Shown here piece by piece: positions 29,768-38,846 of a DNA stretch of 58,994 nt. The first letter of the stretch is position 1. Each line of letters starts with the position of its first letter. Source of the DNA: an uncultured Campylobacter sp. (lineage in GTDB: Bacteria > Campylobacterota > Campylobacteria > Campylobacterales > Campylobacteraceae); the NCBI RefSeq assembly GCF_937965895.1, contig NZ_CALCKS010000178.1. The stretch is one strand, 5' to 3'. The notes beneath the pieces were generated by a model that did no database searches, was not told the DNA's origin, and worked only from the letters and a program-made list of their open reading frames with translations. The position numbers and the translations under genes are program-made.

Positions 29768-32002
29768 ATGTTTACCAAAACCTTAGAACAGATATTTACC
29801 AAAAACGCTTTAAGCTCCGCCTTTGACGAAATTTCTGCAAATTCTCTGGGCTTAGACGAGATCTCATATGCAGACTTTAAGAAAAATTTTAGCCAAAACG
29901 TAACCTATCTCATGCGTTCATTAATAAACGGTACCTACACGCCAGAGCCGCTAAGAAAGATAAACATCCCCAAAGAAAATCGTAGCGGAGTAAGACCCAT
30001 AGGCATATCCTCCATAAAAGATAAGTTGATTCAAAGAGTTTTATACTCGGAGTTAAATCCGTATTTTGACGAAACGTTTTTATCAAATTCCTATGCCTAC
30101 CGTCCAAATAAATCGACTTACAAAGCCATAAATAGAGCTAGTAATTTCATAAACGAGGGCTACTGCTGGATACTAAAAGCCGACGTAAAAGACTTTTTCG
30201 AGTCGGTAAACCACTCAAAGCTACTACAAATTTTACAAAAACATATAAAAGACGCAAAGATCACAAACCTTATCTCGCTCTTTTTAAAAACCGGCGGATT
30301 TTTAAAGCGCGATTTTAAAGAGCATAAAATCGGCGTGAACCAAGGCGATATCCTATCTCCTATGCTATCAAACATCTATCTTGATTTGATGGATAGATTT
30401 ATAAACAAGACCACGGATAAATTTGTCAGATATGCGGACGATTTTATCGTGTGCTTTGCAGAAAAAGACGAAGCGACCGAATTTGAGCAAAAACTAGATG
30501 ACTTTTTAAAACTACTAAATCTATCTCTCAACAAAGAAAAAACAAAAGTCGTAAACATAAACGACGGTTTTGTCTTCCTAGGCGTTCGTTTCTTCGGTAA
30601 AAACCGCTGCGTAGATAACGACAAAATTCAAAAGATCATCTCAAATTTACACTCCGCAAGCAAAGAAAAGTCAAATTTCATAGACTATATAGATGAGATA
30701 AACGCCATCTTGCTTACGCTTAAAAACTACTATCTAAAGATCATACCGCCAAACTCACCGCAAATAACGCAGATAAAAGAGCACCTCATAGACTCCTTAT
30801 CGCAAAAGATCGCCTTGTATAAGCAAAACAAAAGTATAAACTCAAAAAAAGATTTTACGCTCTATCTTGAAAAGATAGATTTTGGAGTACTATTTAATCA
30901 AAACGAGATAAAAGACAAGATAACTCTAGCCATAACAAAAGGCTATGACAAATATCTATCTCAAAAAAGCTACGACAACGACTCCCGCAAGATAAACCAA
31001 AAGCGAAATTTCTACGCAACCAAGATCGCTTCGGATTCTACGCTTCATATCAATCAGATCGGAGTCCATCTAGGTCTTAGCAAAAACAAATTTGTCATAA
31101 AACAATACGGCAAAATTTACAAAGAATTTCCCATCTCTAAAATTTCACGCATCATCGTTGATAGCGAACACATCTCGTTATCTTCTGCGGCGATCTGGCG
31201 CTGCGCAAGAGAAAAAATCCATATCGACTTTATAGACAAACACTACGTCCCATACGCCACTTTGCTAGCTTACAACAGCGTCTCTACGCAAACTACGCAC
31301 AAGCAAGCCATGCTCCTAAACACACCAGCCCAGCTATACATCGCCATGTCCTTAGTCGAGGCAAAGATAAAAAACCAAACCAACTACCTAAAGTACCTAA
31401 ACAAATACCACAAATCCCTAGCCCAAAACATCCAAAAACTGGAAAATATCCTGGCTAGAAAGCTAAAATACGCCAAAAACACAAACGAGCTTCTAGGCTT
31501 TGAGGGCTCGGCTGCGGCCATTTACTGGGACGGCATAAAGAACATATTACCGGTTGAGTTTGAAAAGCGCATAACATTTGGCGCCAAAGATATCGTAAAT
31601 TCATCACTAAACTACGCCTACGCCATACTCTACTCCAAAGTCCAAGAGTGCCTATATCTAGCAGGGCTTAGCCTACATATCTCATTTTTGCATGCGCTTG
31701 ACAGCACAAAGCCGACCCTAGTTTTTGATATGATAGAGCAGTTTAGGACATTTATGGTAGATAGAGTCATAGTCTCGATGCTAAACAAAGACGAACCAAT
31801 CGCACTAAACAAAGAAGGGCTTCTCACCGACGCTTCTAAAAAGCTCATAGCCCAAAACATGAAAGAAAAACTCGGAAGCTACACCATGTGGAAAAAAGAG
31901 TCTTGCAAATGCGAAAATATCATAATGCAAGAGTGCTACGACCTAGCTCGCTTCATAAACGGCGATAGCAAAAGCTATAAGCCTTTTGTAGGGAAATTTT
32001 AA
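29768..32002 (+). CDS. cas1: Reverse transcriptase-Cas1 fusion
   Basis: RT: RPIGI, SYAYRP, ADVKDFF, QGDILSPMLSNIYL, RYADD; Cas1: GFEGSAAAIYW, NSSLNYAY, FLH, DMIEQFR. Confidence 0.96.
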   Translation: MFTKTLEQIFTKNALSSAFDEISANSLGLDEISYADFKKNFSQNVTYLMRSLINGTYTPEPLRKINIPKENRSGVRPIGISSIKDKLIQRVLYSELNPYFDETFLSNSYAYRPNKSTYKAINRASNFINEGYCWILKADVKDFFESVNHSKLLQILQKHIKDAKITNLISLFLKTGGFLKRDFKEHKIGVNQGDILSPMLSNIYLDLMDRFINKTTDKFVRYADDFIVCFAEKDEATEFEQKLDDFLKLLNLSLNKEKTKVVNINDGFVFLGVRFFGKNRCVDNDKIQKIISNLHSASKEKSNFIDYIDEINAILLTLKNYYLKIIPPNSPQITQIKEHLIDSLSQKIALYKQNKSINSKKDFTLYLEKIDFGVLFNQNEIKDKITLAITKGYDKYLSQKSYDNDSRKINQKRNFYATKIASDSTLHINQIGVHLGLSKNKFVIKQYGKIYKEFPISKISRIIVDSEHISLSSAAIWRCAREKIHIDFIDKHYVPYATLLAYNSVSTQTTHKQAMLLNTPAQLYIAMSLVEAKIKNQTNYLKYLNKYHKSLAQNIQKLENILARKLKYAKNTNELLGFEGSAAAIYWDGIKNILPVEFEKRITFGAKDIVNSSLNYAYAILYSKVQECLYLAGLSLHISFLHALDSTKPTLVFDMIEQFRTFMVDRVIVSMLNKDEPIALNKEGLLTDASKKLIAQNMKEKLGSYTMWKKESCKCENIIMQECYDLARFINGDSKSYKPFVGKF

Positions 32003-32277
32003 TGAAATTCGTCATCGCCTACGACATACAAAACGACAAAAACCGCAAAAAGCTCTCCGATATCCTAGAAGGTATCGGATATCGCGTAAATTTTAGCGTC
32101 TTTGAGTGTGAGATAAATGAAACCAAGCTTAAAAAGCTGATCAAAGACGCCAAGCCTTTGCTAAATACCAAAACCGATAGCCTAAGATTTTACAGACTAT
32201 GCGAAAACTGTGTCGGCAAAAGTTTTGAGCTTTGCGATAAACCAGCCATCTTCGAGACGCAAGAACTCTTTGTCTAG
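32002..32277 (+). CDS. cas2: Cas2
   Basis: IAYDI..DKNRKKL, RVNFSVFE, DSLRFY. Confidence 0.95.
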   Translation: MKFVIAYDIQNDKNRKKLSDILEGIGYRVNFSVFECEINETKLKKLIKDAKPLLNTKTDSLRFYRLCENCVGKSFELCDKPAIFETQELFV

Positions 32278-32723
32278 CTTATACCATTCTTATGTCTTCT
32301 CTCCAAATTTAGATTTGCGAACTTTTTTAGCTTAAATTTGCCACTTTTTGGTTAAAATCTCGCCAAATAAGTTCGCAAACCTCTATATTTTAAAATATGC
32401 TCTTCTACATTTGCGAACTTTTAGTTATGCTTAAGTTTAGGATAACGTATTTTAGGGCATTGCGAAACTTATATATCGCTTAGAGTTCGCAAACCTATAA
32501 AATTTGAAAATTTTAAAAGAGATTTGCGAACTTTTTTAAAATAACAAATGCCTAAATTTAGGGGTTCTTTAACTTATCATTGTTAAATTTGCCAAGTTAG
32601 TATTTTTTAATACCTATACATTTGCGAACTTTTTTGAGATTTTTGCGAATTTTAGGTGTTTTAAAAGATGTTTTCTTAAATAAATTTGTTAGTTTTTATT
32701 TTGCGAGAATAGTCTTTTAGGCT
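32278..32723 (+). promoter_or_regulatory. CRISPR leader with ~9 TTTGCGAAC-type motifs
   Basis: AT-rich region between cas2 and the first repeat; motif in both orientations. Confidence 0.85.
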
Positions 32724-35700
32724 ATTTGAACAAATTTGACCCGATCTAGGGGATTGAAACCATTGTTAGTTTTTTCCATGCCTCGATGGCACCTCTATAT
32801 GATTTGAACAAATTTGACCCGATCTAGGGGATTGAAACTTTTGTAGTATTCGTTAATAGTTTTCATTTTCTTGTCATTTGAACAAATTTGACCCGATCTA
32901 GGGGATTGAAACGTTATAGGGTCTATAGAAAGATCGGACATGGTGTAGCAAGCACATTTGAACAAATTTGACCCGATCTAGGGGATTGAAACTCATTGGC
33001 CTTCAATTCGGCCACCAAAGCCGGCATAAAATAATTTGAACAAATTTGACCCGATCTAGGGGATTGAAACTGAAATCCTTTACGAGTAGTGTAAGCGTTT
33101 TTCACGCTTCATTTGAACAAATTTGACCCGATCTAGGGGATTGAAACACTCTGATTTTGCGCTTTTAGATAGTTTAGCACTATCAACTAATTTGAACAAA
33201 TTTGACCCGATCTAGGGGATTGAAACATTGGTTCTCAATTTTGAGAACAGCCTCAAACGCTTGTATTTGAACAAATTTGACCCGATCTAGGGGATTGAAA
33301 CAAGCTTTAACAGCACCTTTATATGTTACATACCTTCCAAATTTGAACAAATTTGACCCGATCTAGGGGATTGAAACAACTACTGTTGAAAATGTTGAAA
33401 ACAATTTCATAACATTTGAACAAATTTGACCCGATCTAGGGGATTGAAACCATTCGATGTCCGTATCTAGGCTAGTCTCAACTCTAGCCATTTGAACAAA
33501 TTTGACCCGATCTAGGGGATTGAAACGCTGTTTGAGAACTCTTTTTGATTATAGCCATCTTAAACCCATTTAAACAAATTTGACCCGATCTAGGGGATTG
33601 AAACGCTTTCCCATACTTCCCATTCCATAACTCAAGGTAGATAAATTTAAACAAATTTGACCCGATCTAGGGGATTGAAACTTATTATAATCTCAAACAT
33701 AGAGGGTTCCTCCCTCTTTGTTATTTAAACAAATTTGACCCGATCTAGGGGATTGAAACAAATCCACTCCATTTATTTCTCCTTTGTCATTGTTAGTTAT
33801 TTAAACAAATTTGACCCGATCTAGGGGATTGAAACCCAAAGCAATGTAGGGAGAAACATAAATATCAAGATGAATTTAAACAAATTTGACCCGATCTAGG
33901 GGATTGAAACGACGTTTCAATTCTTGCCTTGGTCGCTTCATTAAGAAGCAAATTTAAACAAATTTGACCCGATCTAGGGGATTGAAACTTTTCTATTGAG
34001 GCACTATCGTGCCAGTCCATTTCTACATTTAAACAAATTTGACCCGATCTAGGGGATTGAAACGTCATCAGTGTTGTCAAGTTCGAAGTCTGGTAGAAGG
34101 TCAATTTAAACAAATTTGACCCGATCTAGGGGATTGAAACCTATCTCCTTTATTAAAAAATTTTTATATTAAATTGAGAAATTTGAACAAATTTGACCCG
34201 ATCTAGGGGATTGAAACCACTCAATGTCTGCATCAAGAGCAGTCTCGACGCGAGCCTTAATTTGAACAAATTTGACCCGATCTAGGGGATTGAAACGACT
34301 CAGCCCTGAAACCCGCAAGTTTCAGATTCATGTCATTTGAACAAATTTGACCCGATCTAGGGGATTGAAACTAGAATTGCCTCTAACATATTAATACCAC
34401 CTTTTCTCTTGAAATTTGAACAAATTTGACCCGATCTAGGGGATTGAAACGGTTTTCGTAATCTCTTTAGATTGGATAACTCCAATCTCTCATTTGAACA
34501 AATTTGACCCGATCTAGGGGATTGAAACCCATCTGCCTTGCGGCAGTCGAAGCGAATGAACGCTTCGCCATTATATTTGAACAAATTTGACCCGATCTAG
34601 GGGATTGAAACATCATCAAAGACGATGTCATCTAGACTATCGTCTAGAGATTTGAACAAATTTGACCCGATCTAGGGGATTGAAACGTCAACAATCTCCT
34701 CAAGAGTAGAGATGGTAAAATTATTTATTTGAACAAATTTGACCCGATCTAGGGGATTGAAACTTATAGTGGACTTTAACTCCATCGCCAAGCGCATACC
34801 CAAGGATTTGAACAAATTTGACCCGATCTAGGGGATTGAAACATAAATGTTTAGCTCGCCGACAGACGTAAATGGTTCAAAATTTGAACAAATTTGACCC
34901 GATCTAGGGGATTGAAACTGTGTTGAGGCAATATAGTCACAAACTCATCTGCGTCTGCATTTGAACAAATTTGACCCGATCTAGGGGATTGAAACTGCGT
35001 TATTAGCTTCATCTCGAAGTAGTCCTCATCATCATTTGAACAAATTTGACCCGATCTAGGGGATTGAAACATATAGCGATCTTTTGGCACTTGCTCATTA
35101 AAAAGATTTGAACAAATTTGACCCGATCTAGGGGATTGAAACGATCTTTAAGCTGGTTCCATGCCGCTTTACCAAACATTTGAACAAATTTGACCCGATC
35201 TAGGGGATTGAAATGCAAAATTGTTTAGTTTTCTTTTCCCCCTCTCCAGTCATAAATTTGAACAAATTTGACCCGATCTAGGGGATTGAAACAGAGATCC
35301 TACTATCTCCTCCAGAGTCTCAATAACAAAGTTATTTGAACAAATTTGACCCGATCTAGGGGATTGAAACGTTGCTACCCACAGGATTGTTGGTAGAAAG
35401 ATAAATGATTTGAACAAATTTGACCCGATCTAGGGGATTGAAACAGGTTATTTTTGGTTTGCGTAATTACCAACTTTAAAATTTATTTAAACAAATTTGA
35501 CCCGATCTAGGGGATTGAAACAAAAAATTAAAAAATCCGTCATCTACGGTCTTTTGCATACTTGAAACATTTAAACAAATTTGACCCGATCTAGGGGATT
35601 GAAACGAGTTTAGGAATTGACGAAAGGAAGGCATACTTTGTCAAAGATTTAAACAAATTTGACCCGATCTAGGGGATTGAAACGGTCTGAATTCTAGTTT

Positions 35701-35752
35701 CATACTGCCGCCCTTATGGTATTTAAACAAATTTGACCCGATCTAGGGGATT
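32724..35752 (+). CRISPR. CRISPR array, 40 repeats (37 bp) / 39 spacers (35-47 bp)
   Basis: ATTT(G/A)AACAAATTTGACCCGATCTAGGGGATTGAAAC; ATTGAAAC 3' handle, leader on the left and truncated last repeat at 35721 give + orientation. Confidence 0.98.
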
Positions 35753-35769
35753 TATTTATAGTTTGTGAC

Positions 35770-36030
35770 TCAATTGAACGACAATGCTTTTGATATGTTT
35801 TGCTGGTCTATGAGGGAGGTATAAAATTTGGCAAGAAGAGATCAAAGATCTCAAAAAAGATTATGGCAAAAATCCTTTTTTAACGGTTTCTAGTGCTTTT
35901 AATGGGTTTTTGCCAAAGCCAGTCCACATCCAGTTGAATACTCGGCAAAGATAAAGAGTTAGAGAACGAAAATAGAAAGAGAATTTTGGCTTTCTTACGA
36001 AGCTTTTGTAAATTATTAAATTTACAAAAC
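35770..36030 (+). pseudogene. csm4: Decayed second csm4 fragment abutting the array trailer
   Basis: MFCWS / KDYGKNPFLTVSSAFNGFLPKP / ENRKRI-WLSYE versus Csm4 QICWA / SDYDKKPFLIVSDGFASGYLPKP / ENRKKIWLSME. Confidence 0.75.
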
Positions 36031-36198
36031 GAGGGCTACCTATGTTATGAATGAATTTTAAAAAGATTTGAAATTTACAAAGTAAAAAAGTAAAATAACC
36101 ACAAGCTACGTATATTGAGCTGCAGATATTTCATGCAGTAAACTTGATTTCATATTTCCTAGAATGTCCATATTTTATTAAACAAAGCAGTCATAAAG

Positions 36199-36223
36199 AA
36201 GCCATGAACCCAGTCCACGGCTT
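36199..36223 (-). terminator. Hairpin downstream of the small ORF 36235..36393
   Basis: Minus strand AAGCCGTGGAC-TGG-GTTCATGGCTT (two G-U pairs), then CTTT. Confidence 0.55.
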
Positions 36224-36234
36224 GCATAAGCCAA

Positions 36235-36393
36235 CTATTTGGAAGTTGGCTTCATGCGGAACGTGCCCTTAGTCGTTTGGACTTTGGTATAGCCGCCAAA
36301 GCTTTGACCGACTTTTTGGTGAGCACGGGCAGATGAGTAAGATCTGCTTGAGCATGATTTTGAAGAAGATGAACGTGAATAGCATTTTGCCAT
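36235..36393 (-). CDS. 52-aa basic Ser-rich protein (not in ORF track)
   Basis: MAKCYSRSSSSKSCSSRSYSSARAHQKVGQSFGGYTKVQTTKGTFRMKPTSK; AAGGGG RBS, TATAAT at 36440-36435, downstream hairpin. Confidence 0.75.
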   Translation of the reverse strand: MAKCYSRSSSSKSCSSRSYSSARAHQKVGQSFGGYTKVQTTKGTFRMKPTSK

Positions 36394-36451
36394 TTTGACC
36401 CCTTTGTGTTGAATTATTTTGTTTCGTTGAGTGAATTATAAGACAACATAT

Positions 36452-36466
36452 GGACATATTGTGTAT
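36452..36466 (-). promoter_or_regulatory. Half-degenerate box between the small ORF and WYL2
   Basis: GGAC-ATATTGT-GTAT; TATAAT (minus) 11 bp downstream; the right half overlaps the plus-strand TATAAT (36464) of WYL2. Confidence 0.6.
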
Positions 36467-36503
36467 AATTAATAAAAAACTTTAGAGTATAAAGGATAAA
36501 GCG

Positions 36504-37463
36504 ATGGATGCTCAGACCAGGATACTGTGGCTACTTAAAAAACTAAATCGCGGCGAAATAATCGATACCGCACAAGATGAGCTGTGGGTAAATGAAAAGG
36601 ACGAGACGCCAAGACTAAACTATAAAACCATAAGACGAGACTTTGACACGATAAAAAGTGTGTTTAGCGAGATGGATATAAAGAGAACAGATCCTGGCTG
36701 CTACCAGGCCATCAATACAAATTTACTCGATGATCTGCTAGATGAGAGAAAGAGAAGTGTCCTAAAGATAATCTACACGATGCTTGCCAAAAACTCTCAA
36801 AAATTTAACGAAACCAGCAAGAAAACGGCCGTATCTCAAACCATAAATGAATCATTGGGCGTTTATGACTTTATCACAAGCCCGATCGAGACAGAACTAG
36901 ACAAAAGCGTCATAAAAACACTAGAAGATGCGATACGCTATAGAAAAAAGCTCGCAATTGAGTATACGCCTACGAGCAGATCCAATAGCAAAAAATTTAA
37001 AGAGGTGAAGCCATATAAAATTTTGCTAATCAATGAAAATTTATATCTGGCAAATAGCAACAACGAGTATGATTTTTCACTTTTTAGGATAGCTGGGATA
37101 GTAAATTTAGAGGTTATCAAAGGCGAAACGTTTAATCACGACTACAACATCGATGATTTTATAAAAAACATCCAGACGCCATTTGCTGTTTTTTCGCATG
37201 AGTGGAGAAGCTCGCTCATAGAAGTGCGGCTCGAGATCAGTCCACAAAAAGCATTTTTGTTTGAGAGAAAAAACTTTTTTCAGTCGCAAAAGATCATAGA
37301 GCGCAAGACAGACGGGGCGATCGTGGTTAGTTATCATTTTACGGATCTTAAAGAGATAGAGTTTTTTATAATGGAGTTTTTGGGATACGTTAAAATTTTA
37401 GCCCCAGTGGAGCTAAAACAAAAGATCATAAAAAAGATAGAAGAAGGTAAAAATTTGCTCTAG
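36504..37463 (+). CDS. HTH-WYL-WCX transcriptional regulator (WYL2)
   Basis: KTIRRDF HTH, PYKILLINENLYL, FRIAGI, VKILAPVELK. Confidence 0.9.
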   Translation: MDAQTRILWLLKKLNRGEIIDTAQDELWVNEKDETPRLNYKTIRRDFDTIKSVFSEMDIKRTDPGCYQAINTNLLDDLLDERKRSVLKIIYTMLAKNSQKFNETSKKTAVSQTINESLGVYDFITSPIETELDKSVIKTLEDAIRYRKKLAIEYTPTSRSNSKKFKEVKPYKILLINENLYLANSNNEYDFSLFRIAGIVNLEVIKGETFNHDYNIDDFIKNIQTPFAVFSHEWRSSLIEVRLEISPQKAFLFERKNFFQSQKIIERKTDGAIVVSYHFTDLKEIEFFIMEFLGYVKILAPVELKQKIIKKIEEGKNLL

Positions 37464-38147
37464 CTAAAATAGTTTTTTAGGCATGCTTTTGACTATCCTA
37501 AAACATGCCTCGAGCGACTTGTCGCCTATGCCAGGAGCTCTTAGCAAAGAGCTTAGCGAGTGATATAGCCCGCTATCTATCGCATCTTTGATAGCCTGAA
37601 ATCTTATATTTTTTACGCCTAGGATCTTGGCTTGTCTTTTTAGCTCATTGATATCAAAATTTAGCGCAAATTCATCATACAAATCATCACTTGCATTTTC
37701 ATCAAATTCCCAAATTTCGCACTCTATTTTTAGAGGCTCGAGAAATTCCATCATCAAATTTATAACTTCATCTTTATCAAGTCCGCCATTTGCAGCACCA
37801 AGAAGAGGAAATGCGACGCTGTCGATGTTTTTGCTAGCATATGTATTTACAAATTTTTCAAGACCGACTTTTATGTAGCTCATTTTTGACGGATCTTTCC
37901 AGTGCTTTTTGGTAGGGAAATTTAGCACCTGTCGTCCGTCATCAGCCTTGTATAACCATAGTTTACCTATCTCTATTTTATTTGGGTTGCCTTCACTGCA
38001 AAGCTCGACATATCGTGCAAACATCTCAGGATAGCGCAGCCTAAACTCATATGCTATACCAGCGCCCATAACGCCCACGCAGTTAATGGTATTTACGATA
38101 GTATCCGCTTTGGTGTTAAATATATTTCCACTTTTTAGTGTTACCAT
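37464..38147 (-). CDS. darG: Macrodomain antitoxin DarG-like, with C-terminal HhH-like motif
   Basis: VNTINCVGVMGAGIA, NFPTKKHW, PLLGAANGGL; PGIGDKS; directly downstream of darT. Confidence 0.85.
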   Translation of the reverse strand: MVTLKSGNIFNTKADTIVNTINCVGVMGAGIAYEFRLRYPEMFARYVELCSEGNPNKIEIGKLWLYKADDGRQVLNFPTKKHWKDPSKMSYIKVGLEKFVNTYASKNIDSVAFPLLGAANGGLDKDEVINLMMEFLEPLKIECEIWEFDENASDDLYDEFALNFDINELKRQAKILGVKNIRFQAIKDAIDSGLYHSLSSLLRAPGIGDKSLEACFRIVKSMPKKLF

Positions 38148-38156
38148 TTTTTATCC

Positions 38157-38777
38157 TTAGAAAAATTTACCTGGATCAACTATGATATTGATATTATACG
38201 TCTTAAGATCGCCAGCCAGCTGATCTTCGATAGCTTTTTTGCACACTTGATGTTTAACATATATAGAGCGTATATAGTGGCTATAAACTACATCATTGAT
38301 TAAAATTTCTGCCATCATTTTTTGTTTGATATCATCATATCTAATGCCATTGTTGCACCATCTTGAAGAAAAGACATCATTAAAATTTATAAAATTTTGA
38401 TTTTGCAAGTCAGGCAAATATTTACTAAATCTAGCGTTATTTACAGCTGCATTGCGATCTGAGATCAAAACACCCGTGCGATGATCTTTAATAACTCGAA
38501 CGTCAAGTCCTAAAATGACAACGCGAGCATTGTTTCTATTTTTATAAAGCATGGCATTGCGAGGGTTAAAATAAAAAGGGACATAGTCGTGGATTTTACG
38601 TCCATATATATGTTCAACTTTTTCGCGCCTATCATTTACTTCCCGGTTGCTAATATCTACCTTTTTGTAAGCATTATAATGATTTTGTAAACCATGCAAT
38701 AAAATATTTTTTAAATTATTGTAGTCTGTCATATGAAAAATTTCGCTCATGCCGTCTAAAAAAGCTTGGTTGCTCAT
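38157..38777 (-). CDS. darT: DNA ADP-ribosyltransferase toxin DarT (DUF4433)
   Basis: FHMT..NL..IL..GL, DISN..V..RR, HDYVPFYFNPRNAMLY, MAE; GGAGG RBS before MSNQ. Confidence 0.9.
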   Translation of the reverse strand: MSNQAFLDGMSEIFHMTDYNNLKNILLHGLQNHYNAYKKVDISNREVNDRREKVEHIYGRKIHDYVPFYFNPRNAMLYKNRNNARVVILGLDVRVIKDHRTGVLISDRNAAVNNARFSKYLPDLQNQNFINFNDVFSSRWCNNGIRYDDIKQKMMAEILINDVVYSHYIRSIYVKHQVCKKAIEDQLAGDLKTYNINIIVDPGKFF

Positions 38778-38818
38778 TATAACCTCCGTTATTTTTTCAG
38801 AGATTATAAGGGGCATTA

Positions 38819-38835
38819 TAGACACATAGTGTCTA
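38819..38835 (-). promoter_or_regulatory. GAC-N7-GTC box, darTG promoter
   Basis: Perfect TAGACAC-ATA-GTGTCTA; TATAAT (minus, 38808-38803) 11 bp from AGAC. Confidence 0.8.
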
Positions 38836-38846
38836 AAAATATTAAA

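Noticed and set aside
29768..30700. Group II intron, retron or DGR interpretation of the RT
   Set aside because: The RT is fused in frame to Cas1 and followed by cas2 and an array; no intron, msr/msd or TR/VR structure seen
32923..35218. Minus-strand ORFs containing FQSPRSGQIC repeats
   Set aside because: Translations of CRISPR repeats and spacers, not genes
32761..35720. Self-targeting spacers within the window
   Set aside because: None seen by eye; the slight likeness of S37 to 13203-13222 is low-complexity. An alignment is needed to be sure
36140..36460. Higher-GC patch first read as an IS remnant; track ORF 36269..36457
   Set aside because: No transposase motif or IS ends; better explained by the 52-aa ORF 36235..36393 with its RBS and terminator
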